From the NCBI GenBank assembly GCA_009602725.1, contig WELB01000026.1, forward strand, positions 900,185 to 964,184: 64,000 bases of DNA, read 5' to 3'. Each line of letters begins with the position of its first letter. Position 1 is the stretch's first letter. This DNA comes from Spirogloea muscicola. Lineage: Eukaryota. Shown here in pieces: positions 24,946 through 38,568 of this stretch. Position numbers and translations under genes: made by a program. The notes below the pieces were generated by a model. It did not search any database, had not been told where the DNA came from, and saw only the letters and a program-made list of their open reading frames with translations.

Positions 24946-27900
24946 TTAGTCAGGTTTTACATGCGAGGAGCTTGATGTTGATGGGATTCTTACGATGTAA
25001 GAGGATGCAGCAGCTTCTTTGCTGGCATCTGCACAATGCTCCAGGGACAAGCAAGCTGAAGTCAGAAACCGCACTGACTGTCATGAAATTAGATCACGGC
25101 AGGACTGGCACAATGCAAGTGACGCTAGCAGAACGGGATTCTTACAACCACTGAAATGGACTGATGATTGCACCTGCCACTGCATGCATGGGAAAGCAGC
25201 GCACAAGCTGCTGTAGACAGCGCCCAAATTTACCTCGAAGCTCCTCCAACGATGCTAAGGATGGGACGTTGCGTTGGCTGCTGATCGTCATCGCAGCAGC
25301 CGTCACCCCATATGCCATGGCTTCTATGATGCTCCCCCCTTCCACGAGGGCTGTGAGGGCCCCAGCAACCAGGCTGTCCCCTGCCCCAACCACTCTCACC
25401 ACTTTAGCCTGAATGGCCGGGAAGTGGCGGTGCTCAATCTCCTGAGACCCAGGTTCCCTACCACGCTGCAACACGTCGGGGAAGCTCGGTCTCTGCGGCT
25501 GCTGTGGACACAGCACCGCTGCCTGGTTGCTATTCATTGCGAGCTCTTGTCTACTAGCAGAAGGATGACGACCTCCCGGGTTGCAAGTGCACTTCACGGA
25601 GTGGCTGCCAACTGCACCAGCAAGCGGAGTGACACCTGTGCATCCTTGGATCCTGTCAGAAGCCTGTGCTGGGGCGCAGCTATGACGTCCTGCAGCCACA
25701 TCAGCTGTGCCACAATCGCCTGTGCCTCTGCAATTGCACGGCGGGTTAGTGCCAACAGCTGCCATTGTGTTGCTGTCCAACCGAGACTGCAATCCTTTGA
25801 GGCCGCCTGCTCCAGTCCGTGATGCTTTGCTAGAAGCCTCTTCTCTTCGTCTAGGCAGAAGGTAGCCTTTTATACATGAAGTGCGCAGGTAGCTCAGGAG
25901 AGCACCACCGGCTCCCATGGTGGTGACCACGTATGTCACGCCCGCGACTAAGAGTGCTCGGATGTAAGGATCCAAGGCCTCAGCTTGAGCTGCCGCAGTT
26001 GGGAATGCAGCTGACGCGGATGTTGAACATGGCAATGGAGTCCGCAGCTCCGGTTGCTGCAGCGCTTGTGCCATGGCCACGAGCTCCGCCTGGCTGGGAG
26101 AGACGAAGGTCACCTGAAGGAAGTGCAGACGTTGTGCTCAAAGAAGTCAGTAGAACCGACATGGCACTGCAGGCAAGGACAAAGTAGCTCTGTGCGTGGC
26201 TCAGGGTCCAGTGTACGGGAACACAGCGCTCTGAATATGACTATCCAGAACATATATGTTACTTGAGTTTCACACGGATACATGTGAATGCCGCAGCGTT
26301 GGGACTATTTTTGCAGGACTTCCCAAAAGGACGCAAACCAGAGATGCAGCTGCACATGTACTGCACTGCAGGATCTCAAGTTCGTCTCGCTTTGGCTGGC
26401 CATGCAAGACCATGATTTAGACCGCCACCTTCCCTACCTGATGGAGGATGGATGCAGCCCTGACAGCCTTGGCCACAGACACGGGCTCGAACCACACCGG
26501 CGTCTTGCCACGCACAGCCACTGCGGTGTCATGCCAGCTAGTGTGAAGGCAGTGAAGGAGATGCACTCGGCGAGCCTCAAACCACAGCTACCATGTCATA
26601 TTCGAGAGGTGCGAGAATGTATTGATGATGAAATACGTCGCTGAAAGTAGGGGTGGGGGCCATGCGCACTGTTGCAGACTGTCTCAAGCACCGAAGGTAG
26701 GAGGTTGGCGTCCACCATCACCACTGGTGCAGCTTCAATGTCGTGCCGAAAGTTGTGCACCCATGCAAACATCAGCTCCGACTCCTGCGCAAACTCCAGA
26801 GCATCCGGCCCAGTCGAGCTGGTATCAGGCAAAATTGGTGGCTTGCAGTCATCATCTTAAGTACAGAGTCGCTGCCGCAAGTACGCTGCTCCCATAGCCA
26901 GGCACACAGCTTCCTGGCATCAACATTGTCTATGTAAAGACAGCCGTGGCGTCTGGCAGACGCAGCAGCAAGGAGAAAGAACGCACAGACCACTGCCCGC
27001 GTGTCAGCCACGCCGGCCATGATGTCCCCGCTCTTGCCGATAATTGCTGTCACCACCGGCGTTGACACTCCGCGGCACCTCTTTATCCCTGCCCACCAGC
27101 GCAACATTTGAAGTGGTTGTAAATGTTGTGATCCTATTGACTGAAAGCTTCACCTTAATGCGACACCAGCTCACGGCGTCCCCTGAGCTGCAGCAGTCCA
27201 AGGAGCAATAAATAATTGCTGAGCCTCAAGAACGCAAGAGGTGAAGGGCACACCGCGAGTGGGCATGCCCAGGCTCTCCAGATGAGCGACCAGCGCATTG
27301 CCTGCAGGATGGTGGAAAGCAGGTTCTCAGACACAAGCCTCAGGGTGTAAGAGCTGCGTGTACAACCACCAGGCCTCCACACTCTGCATGCCCCCAAGCA
27401 GTGATGAACCCCTTGCAGAGCTGCCTGATGCAGGCCCTTGGACGAAATAGGTGTTGAGGCTATGGCTTAGAGCTGAGGACTACGTAGAACGCCAGGAGAG
27501 GAGCAGGCCACAGCACCGAAGGCGTCGAGGCCGACTATGGACACGAGCAGCGGCTGTGTCGCGCCCATCAGTGCCATGCACTCGGCGATGTTACGTGCCA
27601 CGCCGCCATGCAAGCACGCCACCTGGGCGCCCAGCACAGTGGCAAGCCGGCCCACACGAGCTCGTGAGCACCCCATGACGGCAACAAACGTCGCCAGTGG
27701 CCGCAGCTAGCCAGGATGGTGGCTCTGCACAGCAGCTGAGCTGCTCTGCAGCAGTGGCTCACAGTGCCAGGGGTGGTGGTGCCTGGGCGCAGCTCCGCGC
27801 CCACGACGGGCGCCGCCTGGACGTCAAACACTGCGGCACCGATAAGCACCGGCGGGTGCCCGGGCCGAGGTGCAGGCATGACCAAAGCGGTGGCAGACTC

Positions 27901-28020
27901 GTCGCAGTGGCAAGGCCCGGCGTCCCCAGCTCCAACTTCGGCCGCAGTAGTGGAGGCCGGCGGTGCGACGATGTGGGAAGCCACTGCGGCCAGGCGACGG
28001 CCGGCTGCACCGCCAGCCAT
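24946..28020 (-). CDS. PUKI: PfkB-family kinase, pseudouridine kinase-like, with N-terminal PTS2
   Basis: RLAAVASHI (RLx5HI PTS2); VLIGAAVFDV; GGVARNIAECM; VMVDANL; VWFEPVSVAKA; FVSPSQAEL; VVTTMGAGG; GAGDSLVAG (PfkB signature 2). Confidence 0.85.
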
Positions 28021-28868
28021 CGCCACTGTGACTCTGTCGCCAATTGTCGCAGCCGGATGGTCAATATGCCACGGCGCTACTGCGTCGTGCAGGTGGTGTG
28101 CTGAGCAAGTGCGTCTGCTGAGTCCGTCGCGCCAAGCTGTCGTGCAGCTGCGACTGCTGCCTCTTTTGCAGCACCCTCCGTGCCTGCCTCAGCTGGCGAT
28201 CTTGACGGCCTGTAGCCACTTCTGCAGGAGGCTAGAGCTCTCACTGTGGCGACACTGCAGGAGCTCCAAGTGAATGACCCGCTGTCCCGGAAGAGGATGC
28301 TGACTGCATGTTGGCCGTGCCGTGAAGCCCGTGTGCACAACCCAGAGGGACAACGTTCTGTAGGACTTGCAGTCTGCATGCTGCACATGACATTCTTCTC
28401 CACCTGGTTTTTGGGTCTAGGGGTTCACCTTCAAGAGCTTAAGATTTTTGGCTGACAGTGCATGCACCATGTGAACCTCGCCACACCTCCCCTGGCCTGA
28501 TGAGAGCACGCTGTTAACATGGCCACCGATCCACTTGCCTGTTCGCTTGATGCTCTTCTTGCCTATCTTCTCTACACTAGAGGTCCTGCCTGTGTTTGGA
28601 TCTTCGCTTTCAAGTAGGAGCTTGTGACTCCAGCTGCTTGTAACCTTGCGTCAGATCTGTGAGCTCAGCCTATTGCAGCCTACCTGCCTATGTTCTACCC
28701 TTGTCCCCTTGCCAATGGTGAGGAGGCAGAGCTTCCAGTGTGCAGTGGCTCTAGCACTTGCGGCCACATTGCAAGGGCGCACTGCCTCTCAGTGAGGAAC
28801 GCAGAATGGGCACTTTGCTGCCAGAAAGACAGTGAGAATGCAGCGGTTAAAAGCACACTAGCACTTAT

Positions 28869-31334
28869 TTACTGTCTTGAAAAGTAGGCCAAAAATTCTT
28901 GATTGCCATCGGTGCCTTTCAGCGGAGAAGGGATCCAGCCGTGGCACTGGAGCCCCAAGCTCTCAACCCCGCTGACGATCTTCTCTACAACCTGCAGCAG
29001 ACGCAATGCTATTGAGCAAGGAGATGGTCCCAGCCAGGAAGCTGCAATTAAGATGGACATTGCATGCGCGATACATACTAAGCAAGTGACCACTGTTGGC
29101 TCAGAATGTCGACTCTGTCTGGCTCACCTGGCTGTGGACCTGTGCATCACGCACAATGCCCCCTCCTCCGACCTGCAAACCAGAATGCCAAATAGTCCGT
29201 CAGAAGAACAGCATCCAGCAGCAATGAAGTCACACAGTAAGGGAGAAGGTCGAGAGACACTCTCCCATTTTGTGTTCGCAGCCAAATCAGCGCAAGTACT
29301 CAGAAGGCTATTGTGTGAAGCCGTTGAGAGGAGCGCAGAACCTGCTCTCGCCGAGCTTCAAACTGAGGCTTGATGAGTGTGATGAGCTCTGCCTTCGTCT
29401 TCATGACAGAGCACACAGCCGGAAGGACCTGCTTCAAGCTCGGTCATAGCTATACACGTCAAAGGAGCTCGAACACCGTGGTAAGGAAGGTTCTTAACTA
29501 CCATGGGGACAGTCCACTGAGACCATACATCTACTCAGATTGTTGACTGTCTACTAGCTCAGCAATAACAAGTGTGCATGCTTACAAAGCAGCTCACATT
29601 ACTTGTCATGCGCAACTCATACCACTGGTCACCTCAGAACAAACAATAAAGCAAGTATCTCACAAGGAGAATGGAGATGAAAGAGAGATCAAGCGTGACA
29701 ATGTCAACTGGCTCCGGCAAGCCGGGTAGATGGCGTAGATTTGTTCGCTCCATGACTACAACTCTATTGTCTGTTCTGATCTTCTCACTCACCTGTCAAG
29801 CACATTGACATTTCCTCTTGTAAGATTCAGGAAGCAGGTCAAATGTCTCCACCACTCAGAAGGCCACTAAGCACCACTTGAACCAAGCTGCTACTGTGTG
29901 CAAATGATCCTGTCTAAAGTGAGGCAAGTTTGTAGCGGTGACCTGGCCATATCCCACGTCTACGCCGTACACTCTGAGGGCCCCACGCTGCAGCAAGCAG
30001 TCTGTGAAGCCGCCTGTCGACAGTCCAGCATCTAAGGCTACCTTGTCTGAGACATCGACTTTGAAATGCTCAAGTGCGCCCTCTAGCTTGTACCCTGCCC
30101 TGCAAAGCCTCAGTACAGTAAGATGAACTTCCGTCTAGCCGCAACCGGAGGTTGTTCTAGGGTTCATAGGGAGCACATTTAGCTAGTTATTATAGAATCC
30201 ATCCTTGTTGTGAGCATGCAGCCATTTTATATATTGTTATATTCTCACCTGCACACAAACCTGGGTATCTCTGCTGTGATCCTTATCTGGGCATCTTCTG
30301 CAGTCATTGTGCCTGACTTCACAGCCGGCTTATCACCCACAAGCACTTTGCCTGCAAGTAGCATGATGATGTTCCATCAAGGTTCTCATTGCTGACAATC
30401 TCATAGTACATTCAGGAAGCACATCCAACATGTCACCGCAGTTTTGTGCACCAATCTAACTGCTGATTAGCAAAGTATGAAAAGCTGACCTGACGTTCTG
30501 CATCAGCAGCAGAGCGAGCATGTAGCAAATTGGACCTCTCTCACCTTGGACTATCCATGACTGGATTGTCGAGCGACTGTACTCTGGATAACGCTCCATG
30601 CAGACTTCATCCAACCTCCTCCGCCTCCTAGGAGGCCTGCCAAATAAGTGGCATGGGGTTTGCATAATCAACACAACCAACATCCTCCAAAAGTAGAAAT
30701 CATCTGAACACCGCAGCTCAACAAAAGAAAATGTAAACAGGCTGGCATTTTCAGTCAGAGCCAAGACTTTTGAAAGCCCAATGCTAGGGTTTCAACGTTC
30801 AGCAGCTGCAAGAGCGCTGGAAGGAGCAACGACTGACTTTTGAGTGAAGGCCTCTCTAGCACTTGTTGCACTGGCCGCAGTCTTATCACCTCCTGAACCC
30901 CAAGAGGCACGCCGTCTGCAAAGAGCTGCAGCTACTCACGGTTGTCAAATCCTCAGGTGACGATAAATGGATATGACTGCCAGAATTGCTCCAGAGATGC
31001 TGAGTCTCACGTACTTCAGAGCAGAAAATTCTCCGAGACTTGATTTCGATCAAGTGCACATCAGCTCCACAGTCGCCAGCGTCCGGCAGGACATGCTATG
31101 CTGCAAGTGATCACGGCAACTCATAGCACCCTCGCCATAGTCGGAGGCCTTGCTACCTGAGGACGTGCAGTCTGCCAACACCGACTTCCAACAGCGTGGC
31201 CACTGGCGGCTGCTGTGTGCCACGACTGCGATGCTCCCGCCATTGCCGGCAGGTTGTACGCGTTGCAGAAATTCTCTGGTGGCTGCTGCTCCGAGGCGGC
31301 GGCTGAGCGCGCTTGCGCCGCCGTTGATGAGCAT
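28869..31334 (-). CDS. TlyA-family (S4 + FtsJ-like) rRNA 2'-O-methyltransferase / 'hemolysin A', with transit-peptide-like N-terminus
   Basis: RRRLDEVCMERYPEYSRSTIQSWI; IPRFVC|RAGYKLEGAL; ALDAGLSTGGFTDCLLQRGALRVYGVDVGYGQ; VMERTNLR; TLDLSFIS; TLIKPQFE; SPLKGTDGNQEFL. Confidence 0.93.
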
Positions 31335-31549
31335 GCGGAGCAGTCGCCTGCGTGCGCCCGGGCCACACCGGAAGCGCGGCAGGGCTTGCGGGGCGGCGCA
31401 GGCGCCGGCTGGTCACGCGAGCTCTGCGCCCGGCCGTGCCGCCAGCGGCGGCGGGCCCGGAGCTGCGCCCGGCGGCGTTGTTAGCCAGTCGGCGGCGGCG
31501 GCGGCGGCCAGGGGCGGAAAGCCGAAGGGTCCGCGAGGGTAAACAGACA

Positions 31550-31790
31550 CAAGCCTGTTTGCAGCGAGCTCAGCTGGTTCATGTGGACCTTGTCGCTCGT
31601 TCGCGGGCTGGCTGTTCCCGGCCCTTGCCCCCGCCGTTGGGAGAGGCACTCCTTTGTCGACAGCCACCAGTCGATTTGGAAGCGCTGTTTCGTCATTCGT
31701 GGCTCCGTCATGAACACCAGTATGTCTCTGGCTGGCGTCCTACACAGCCGCTCTTCATGTATCAGCTTCATGTATTAGACACGCTTTTGT
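31550..31790 (+). mobile_element. Degenerate 3' end of the CRE-like retrotransposon
   Basis: CLQRAQ C-terminal motif followed by GTGGCTCCGTCATGAACACC...TGGCTGG...CACAGCCGCTCTT, as in 62410-62490 (-). Confidence 0.65.
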
Positions 31791-31889
31791 GAACGAAAGA
31801 GACTAAGTCCAGAGTGAGCAGTCCGCCACACGCGCCGCCGCCGCCGCAGCTCGCCGCCGCCGCCGCCGCCGCCAGCGCCGCCGCAGNCG

Positions 31890-34784
31890 CGCGCTTCCTC
31901 GACCGCGGCGGCGCCGCTGGCGCGGGCTTCCCGCCCGAGCCGCTGCGGCGATGCGGCTTCGCGGGGCCCCCGCATGGCGTCGTCGACGGGCTCCCGACGT
32001 CGCAGGAGGCGGTCTCCAACGTCCGCCGCCTTCAGCCTGTGGTGCTGGGCGCCCGAGCCTTCGCTGGCGGTGGCTGCGGCGGTAGCAGCGTCGCAGCTGG
32101 GACGGCATTGAGACCGCGTCACAGCGCCCAGCTGCGGGGGCTCCAGGCCGTGGAACTGCTCGCCGAGGTAAGGCGCGCATGTCTCAGCGACTGCCCAAAA
32201 GTTGTTGGGGCTTCCCCAGTCCTGCGAGAGCTCGTGCATGCTAAGTCTTCTGCATGCGCCATGCTCGAGTGGCAACTAGGGAAGTGGAGAAGTGCTGGGC
32301 AGCTTGTCAGTGAGGAGTCGCACACGAGCAGCCAGGGCCAGTGAAACAGCTGGATTTGCTTGAGCTGGACGCAGCCCGACATTTGTCGGCCTTGACCAGC
32401 TGCACCCATGGTTGGCATTGTCGAGTGGAGGTTGCAAGCAGTGAGCAGCCATGCATTCTCCATGCAAGACGGAGGAGAGCGTAGACGAGCTTGATACTCG
32501 TGATGCTGAGCTCAGCTCGTCTCATCGGGTGGCGCACAGAGCAAACCAGCTACCCTTCCATGCAGCAGGCTCTTGACGTCTACTCCTGCTGTTTCAACGA
32601 GCTCTGGCCCTGTGCCGGTAAGACATCACACTGATGCTAGCAGAGCAAGCTCAGCATGGTGGATATAGAGGGGCAAGCGGCGTGCTAAATGACATGGTTC
32701 AGCTGCATTGCAAGGTCCCGTAGTACTGGTGACTATCTAGTGCTGAGAAGAGATATGCTCATATACTGTAGCTGGAGCACTGCTAGTGTGTATTTGGAGC
32801 CGAAATCATTGGCCTTTGAGCTCGGCGCGAGTTGCCGCTGCTTCTGAAGCAAAGGTTCTGGCACCCAATCTGACTTATCATCACGATTTCCAATCTGCAG
32901 CTGAGTTTTGTCGGTGTCTCAGGAGGCGGCTGCAAAAGCGGCAGCAGCAGCAGCAGCTCGTGGCAAGGGCTACTCAGAAGGTGGTCGCGGAGGGGGACGG
33001 ACAAGTAGCTTCGGCGGCCGGGTGTGGCACAGCGTCACAGACCTGGCATCAGTGCCGCTGGTGCCCCTTTTGCTGGGCTTTGCAGGCGCAATCCCATTCG
33101 TAGCCCTCGCCCCTCCTGTGTCACCATTTGTACCGCTTCCGGTGAGTATTGTGCACACTAATAAGCATATTTGATAGACAGGATGACATGCTGTTTTTGG
33201 TTTCGTGTAAAACCAGGATGTCAATATCATTCACTTCTGTAGATACATGTATCTGTTGCCGCTGCCATTTGAAGAGGAAGCTTGCTACACCATTCTTGGA
33301 TTGCCTATAGGTTAAGTGCCTATAAGTGCCTATAAATTAAGTGTCTGCAACATCAAGGGCAGGAAGGTTTTGCTGCTTCAGGAGACTGATACTGTGAATG
33401 CAAGCCATTGAGAAGAAATCTGGGCAGGTTGGAGTATGAAGGCTCAGAGCGAGTGTTCTGCTGCATGTGTGTGATGCTGCAAATTGGAAATCTGCAGGAT
33501 AAGCTGCGACAAAAGGCTGCCGAAGCACAGGCGGCATATGGAGCAACAATACTGTCATTCTTGGGTGGGCCGCATTGGGGTTTTGCAATGGCCAACTACC
33601 CAGGTGTGCCATCTGAAGTATTGTAATCAATCACATACAGCTAGCAATCAAGGCAGCGCTAAGAATCCCAATATCAAGTTCGTCGGAAGTAGTCCCTACA
33701 CCACCTCTAAGCACAATCTACATCAGCAAGTATGATCAGCAAGCAGACTGTAGATGCTTTGTCCAAGCTAACAAAGATCAACTTACTGGGTTGTCTGCAG
33801 CAACGCATACTCACAGCATAGCCAGCGCAACAGCAGGTGTCACAGCAAACATTGCAAGGTGCAGCGCAATTTGCTGAGTGCAGTTCAATGCAACTAGAAC
33901 ATGCGTGCAATGCAGCTTGTTGGATACATAGTTGCTAGAAAGGCATTGGAGGTTCTTCTGAATCAGCCACCCAGTCGCAATATTGTTAGAATCAATTCTT
34001 GCAATCACAGTCTTTGCCCACTCAACTGCAGGTATACATGGGGTATTATTCCTGCATTGCTTGCCTGCTACGCTGTCCTGCAGCCTCCGCTGGAGAGATA
34101 TGTCATCCTCATCGGATCTCTTGGGCTGGTGAGCCACTCACTGCAAGAGCCTGTGCGCCGAAAGCTCCACAGCACCTTGAGTACAAAATTCAGGCATGCT
34201 CAGTTGTTGGCAGTGGTTTCTTTTTAGACACTTTGATTTCATCGGCTATCAGCTTTTAAACAAAGCCTCGTCAAACAAGATAATACCTCAGCTCACGGTG
34301 AATTAGACAGTCTAGCTGAGAATGTCACAGGAGGGGATATCTGAGCCACAAGTCAATGCCTCTCTGTTGGGTTGCTTCTCATTTGTGACTGCTTTGAAGG
34401 GGGATGCAGGCTTTTGGAGTTGATGCAGTTTTTGCAAGGCTGAAGCTTGTGCCAGTCTGGTGAGTTGCACCAGAGTCATTTGAGTTTTGGGCTTCAAGCA
34501 TTCACAAGGACACGCTTATGTATAGCAACATAAGCAGCTCTAAGTAACATGATTGCATGTTCCTTCTGACGAGGTTTTTCTGTAAATGCTGCTGGATGTG
34601 TCACACTCACTCCTGATGCTTTCAAGACAGGTACCTTCCTTTACGCGTTCCGCTGACGGTGCTGGCAATGGGCGGCTTGGCCACCACACTGTCGTGGGTT
34701 GCTGCATCACCAATGGTGCCTCATCGGCATGACAAAAACGAAGGAGAGCGTGCAACAAGCACAAGAACGAGCAAGCGCTTGTAG
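31890..34784 (+). CDS. DUF3429 / TMEM69-family membrane protein (start uncertain; N at 31887)
   Basis: VPLLLGFAGAIPF; QAAYGATILSFLGGPHWGFAM; RYTWGIIPALLA; AFGVDAVFARLKLVPV|WYLPLRVPLTVLA. Confidence 0.85.
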
Positions 34785-35829
34785 CTCCTTGGTTGAATAG
34801 GAGTATGATTGTTGGCTAGGCGGTCGAGTAGCTTCAAGTAGGCATAATACTTTGCAAGAACTCAAGGGTGCCCCAGCCCTGCTAGCTCGACTTGATCATT
34901 GGGAAGAGGAGCGGCACATTGCATCTTGCAAGGAGATGGACGAGACGGCTTGCCTCACTGCAGAGGCTCGGGTGTACAGGAAGCTCGCAAAAATCTGCTC
35001 TTCTTCATGAGTACATTGCCCTGTATTTTGGGCCTTGCTGAGTTTGTGTCAGCCCAATGCAACGTGGTCTCGGCTTGTGCCTCACTCGCCTCTAGCTCCG
35101 TTGTGCCTCCGTTGAACAATCTGACTGCTGGGGCGTGTTTGGTCCATTTGCAAAAGCTTGACATTGTATGAGCAGAGCAAATGGTGTAGATGACTGCATG
35201 GCAGCAAGATTAGGCCGCTGCCTTGAGCAGCATTCTGTGGCAGGCCTGCAGACCTCACCGCACAAGAGCAGCTTGCCTGCATACGAGTGGAGATCTGGGG
35301 TCGTGTGCCCGACACTAAGAGATGGCTCTTCCAATGTATGGCAATGGCTGTGAGAGGCCAGCGCAAATCGAATGAACAGGATCCGATAGGGCTGGAAGGC
35401 ACAAAACACAGGCGATTTCTGTAACATCTGCAGATGGAGGCTCAAGAATCTCTGGGCAGCAAGTGCAGATCGGAATGACTAGAGGGCGGAAAAGGGTCCG
35501 CCCTGTCAACAGTTGTATAACAGCAGCCACTGAGTTAGGCGGGCGCCCGCGGAGTAGACAGTCGGCGACCGCTTCAAGCAAACGACGGCGTAGCCCCTGT
35601 CATGCGCGAGGGCGTCGATTGCTAGATGGTGTCTATATTTTTATATATAGACAAGTACTGACGAGCACAGACACCGCCATAAAGAAACCGAATGAAGTGG
35701 TCGGTCGCGTTGGTCAGGCTGACAAGGAAGGCAGTCTGATGAGAGGCCAACAGTGGAAATCGTTCGTAGTCTCGCTGATTGATAGTCTTGTACCATTATA
35801 GGGAAAATTAAGGCAAAACAAGTCTGAAC

Positions 35830-36340
35830 TTGTAAGTTCCCCCCCAGAGCTGTTAGTCCTGAATTAGGACGAAAAGTTGGGTGAATATTTGAGCATTCTG
35901 TACAGAACCAGTCATTTTGTGGAATAGATTGTACTGGTGGTGTAAGGCAGTGTATATGACAATCTTTGTTGCAAGTTGAATGTGAAAGCATAACAGCAGC
36001 CTGGTCTGAACGATGACAGATCATGCAAGATAAATACTCAGAAACCCATGGTCGGGTAGTGTGAATCGTAGTGTCTGTATTGCTCGAATGACAATGAGCA
36101 ACCATTGTGCACGTGATCACTAGCGACGTGATTCCATGAGCCGCAAAGTATGACCACACCGGATGGAGGCTTTTCAATGACCTGGAGACGCAACGGTCCT
36201 GAATGTCCAGTGATTTGACTCTCACATATACGAAGTCACGCACATCAAGGTCTTCAGGTCTTGGTGTGAAACGCCGCAACAGATTGTAGCATACCTGCGA
36301 GTATCACGATGTTGAGCAATACGCAGGTATTCAGTCACTT
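35830..36340 (-). mobile_element. Ty3/gypsy pol C-terminal remnant with PHD finger (degenerate)
   Basis: LRIAQHRDTRRYATI, then (frameshifted) RRF...VRDFVYVR and CMICHRSDQAAVMLSHSTCNKDCHIHCLTPPVQSIPQNDWFCTEC; G-rich PPT-like tract at about 35840. Confidence 0.7.
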
Positions 36341-36369
36341 GGTACAAGCAAGTCAATGAGGCGACAGCC

Positions 36370-36925
36370 ACATGTATCCACCCGGCTGGCTTCTAAGCCA
36401 GCCAGGTGGCTCCTATAAGAGAAGCTCCTATAACATCAGCAGCCGCATTCTTCCTTAGCATAGGGCTTATTTATTGTAGCCGTACTTTCATTTGCACCAG
36501 TTTCTGCCTGAACAACGTGTTGGCTCGCATTGGCCTCCCTTTCATTTCATGCGCACCGCGCGCCTTCTCTCTCCCAAATTAGTTTGTCGGATCTGTCTGT
36601 GCAGAGGAAAGAAGAAGTGGCTCTCCCAATGGGGGCAAGGGCTGTGAGAAGCCAGCCCGTAAAGAATTGAGAAGGAAGAAAGTGCTCTCCCATGGAAGGT
36701 AGGGGCTGGAGAACCCTTAAAAGGATGGACAATGTCCAAAGAGCCGGAAGGCGCCTAACAGAAGAAAGTGCTCGCCCATGAAAGCCACACAGCTAGACAC
36801 AAGACTACTGCAGATGGAAGCTTAGCAAGCTTCTCTCTCTCTCTAACGAACTCTTGTGTGCATCTGGACGGCATTTTACAGCCGCTCTTTAGTTATCAGC
36901 GGCCGCATTCTCTTTTGCCGAGCTT
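36370..36925. mobile_element. Cluster of CRE-like retrotransposon 3' UTR fragments in both orientations
   Basis: CATCAGCAGCCGC...TAGGGCTT...TTTCATGCGCACCGCGCGCCTTC (+); hairpin unit 36639-36658 (-); further copy at about 36860-36915 (+). Confidence 0.7.
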
Positions 36926-37192
36926 CCGTGAGTCGCTCCATTGCCAACCACAGCTGCCGCTTCTCGAGCTCGTGGTCCGCCGTGCTCGGTCCGCCGTGCT
37001 CGAGTCCGGGGCTCCTCGGCTCTGGCCCCACAGCTCGTGTCACACCGCCAGCCCGGAGCCCCATGCCTGCATCTGTTAGTCGGTGCAGCACACCCGCAAC
37101 CACGGTGGCAGCTCCCCACTGCTGCTTTTCTCTTATACCCCGGCCCCCTCCTTCGAGAGCCTGGAGACGCTTTCATCACGCATGCCCGTGTG

Positions 37193-37863
37193 ATGAACGC
37201 GGGTACGCGGCTGTGCCGGAGGTGCAAGCGGCAGTTTGACCCGCAGCAGAATGAAGTGGCCGCGTGCGCCTACCACCGCGGCCTGTTTGTCTGTCGACGG
37301 CACGACGACCAGAAACGGTGGGCCCTCACCACGGCCTCTCCGAGCCCGCAGCGGCAGCATTGTCCTTCGAGATACCTCGAGGGCTCTACTGCCGTTTATA
37401 ATAAGAGAGACTCAGCGCTGCTTCCCCTCTCGTCCAATTTGAGCAGCTATGCAGTTCAGCCAGTCGACTAGTGATGCTTGCCTGGCAGCCTTGGCGAAGA
37501 TCGGACAGCAGACAGACATCCAACACTCACAGCCCGGCTCTGTATTAGACATCGACCACTCAGGTCTTTGGTCTACGTATGAGGTAATATGCTTGAGACC
37601 TTGCTATCGGTTGGCGCCACAGGAGCAGCTTCTTGTAGCGCTGTAGCGCAGGTGACTTGACAAGCCAGAGAGGGAAGCTACGCTGTCCTTTATGGTGACA
37701 GTCTTTGCGGGGCCTGATGGTCGACTGGATCGGCAGCAGGTACTACGAGCTGAAGGACGGAGAGGGGCCATATGCCGCGAGGTTCTATGACTGCTGTGGG
37801 GCGGAGTCCGAAGGGGCTCCTGGCTGCACCCAGTCGCGGCACATTACATTTGACGAGGATTGA
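37193..37863 (+). CDS. Small (about 82 aa) Cys/His-rich CHORD-like zinc-binding protein, 2 exons
   Basis: MNAGTRLCRRCKRQFDPQQNEVAACAYHRGLFVCRRHDDQKR|YYELKDGEGPYAARFYDCCGAESEGAPGCTQSRHITFDED*; GT-AG intron about 37318-37739. Confidence 0.8.
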
Positions 37864-38568
37864 CCAGCGCTCAGAGCTCATAGCAGGGCTGCTCTAATCC
37901 TCTGACCTGGAATCGAGCTTCTTGGCCTGTATCTTACTGCATCCATTGGACCACATAGTGGACAGTCATGTCTAGGGGCTGTCGGCAGTCTGCCTGCTCT
38001 GACAGCGCATTGCTACACTGTACTTAAAAGTCAAGTAGGCGCTGACTGCCTTGCCATGCTATACTGTTGAGTGGACTAAAGTAAGGAAGCCCTTAACCTT
38101 AACAAATTGCCCCTGAACAACATATTCACGACCAAGAGGGTCGGGTTTGAGCACAGTAGCTCTTTGTAGTAGTTTTGTGTGCAACATGACCTGACGGTAC
38201 TAGAGATATCAGTCAACGGACTCCTGTCCCAAAGAGGCCAGAATAAATTGGCTGGGTAAGGAAAGTAAAAATTTGCCTTGGAAAAGCTTTCAGAAAGCCA
38301 ATACCTGATTGTACTTGAGGTAAGTTGTTGACAACCTATGACATAATTCAAGAAAATACTTGTGGTACAGGGTGGTACAATCAAGGCAGTAACGTGCCAC
38401 ACCCTGCCTCGTAGCCAACTAGCCGGTATTCAAAGGTGGAAAACAATTACACTGCTCAGCAGGCATTGTAATGGAGGGCTGAGCTGCACTACTTTGCACT
38501 GCTCAGCTTCTGCACCAATCTACACAACTGCAACAGCCTCATAAGTTGCCTAAGAAGCCTCATAAGTA

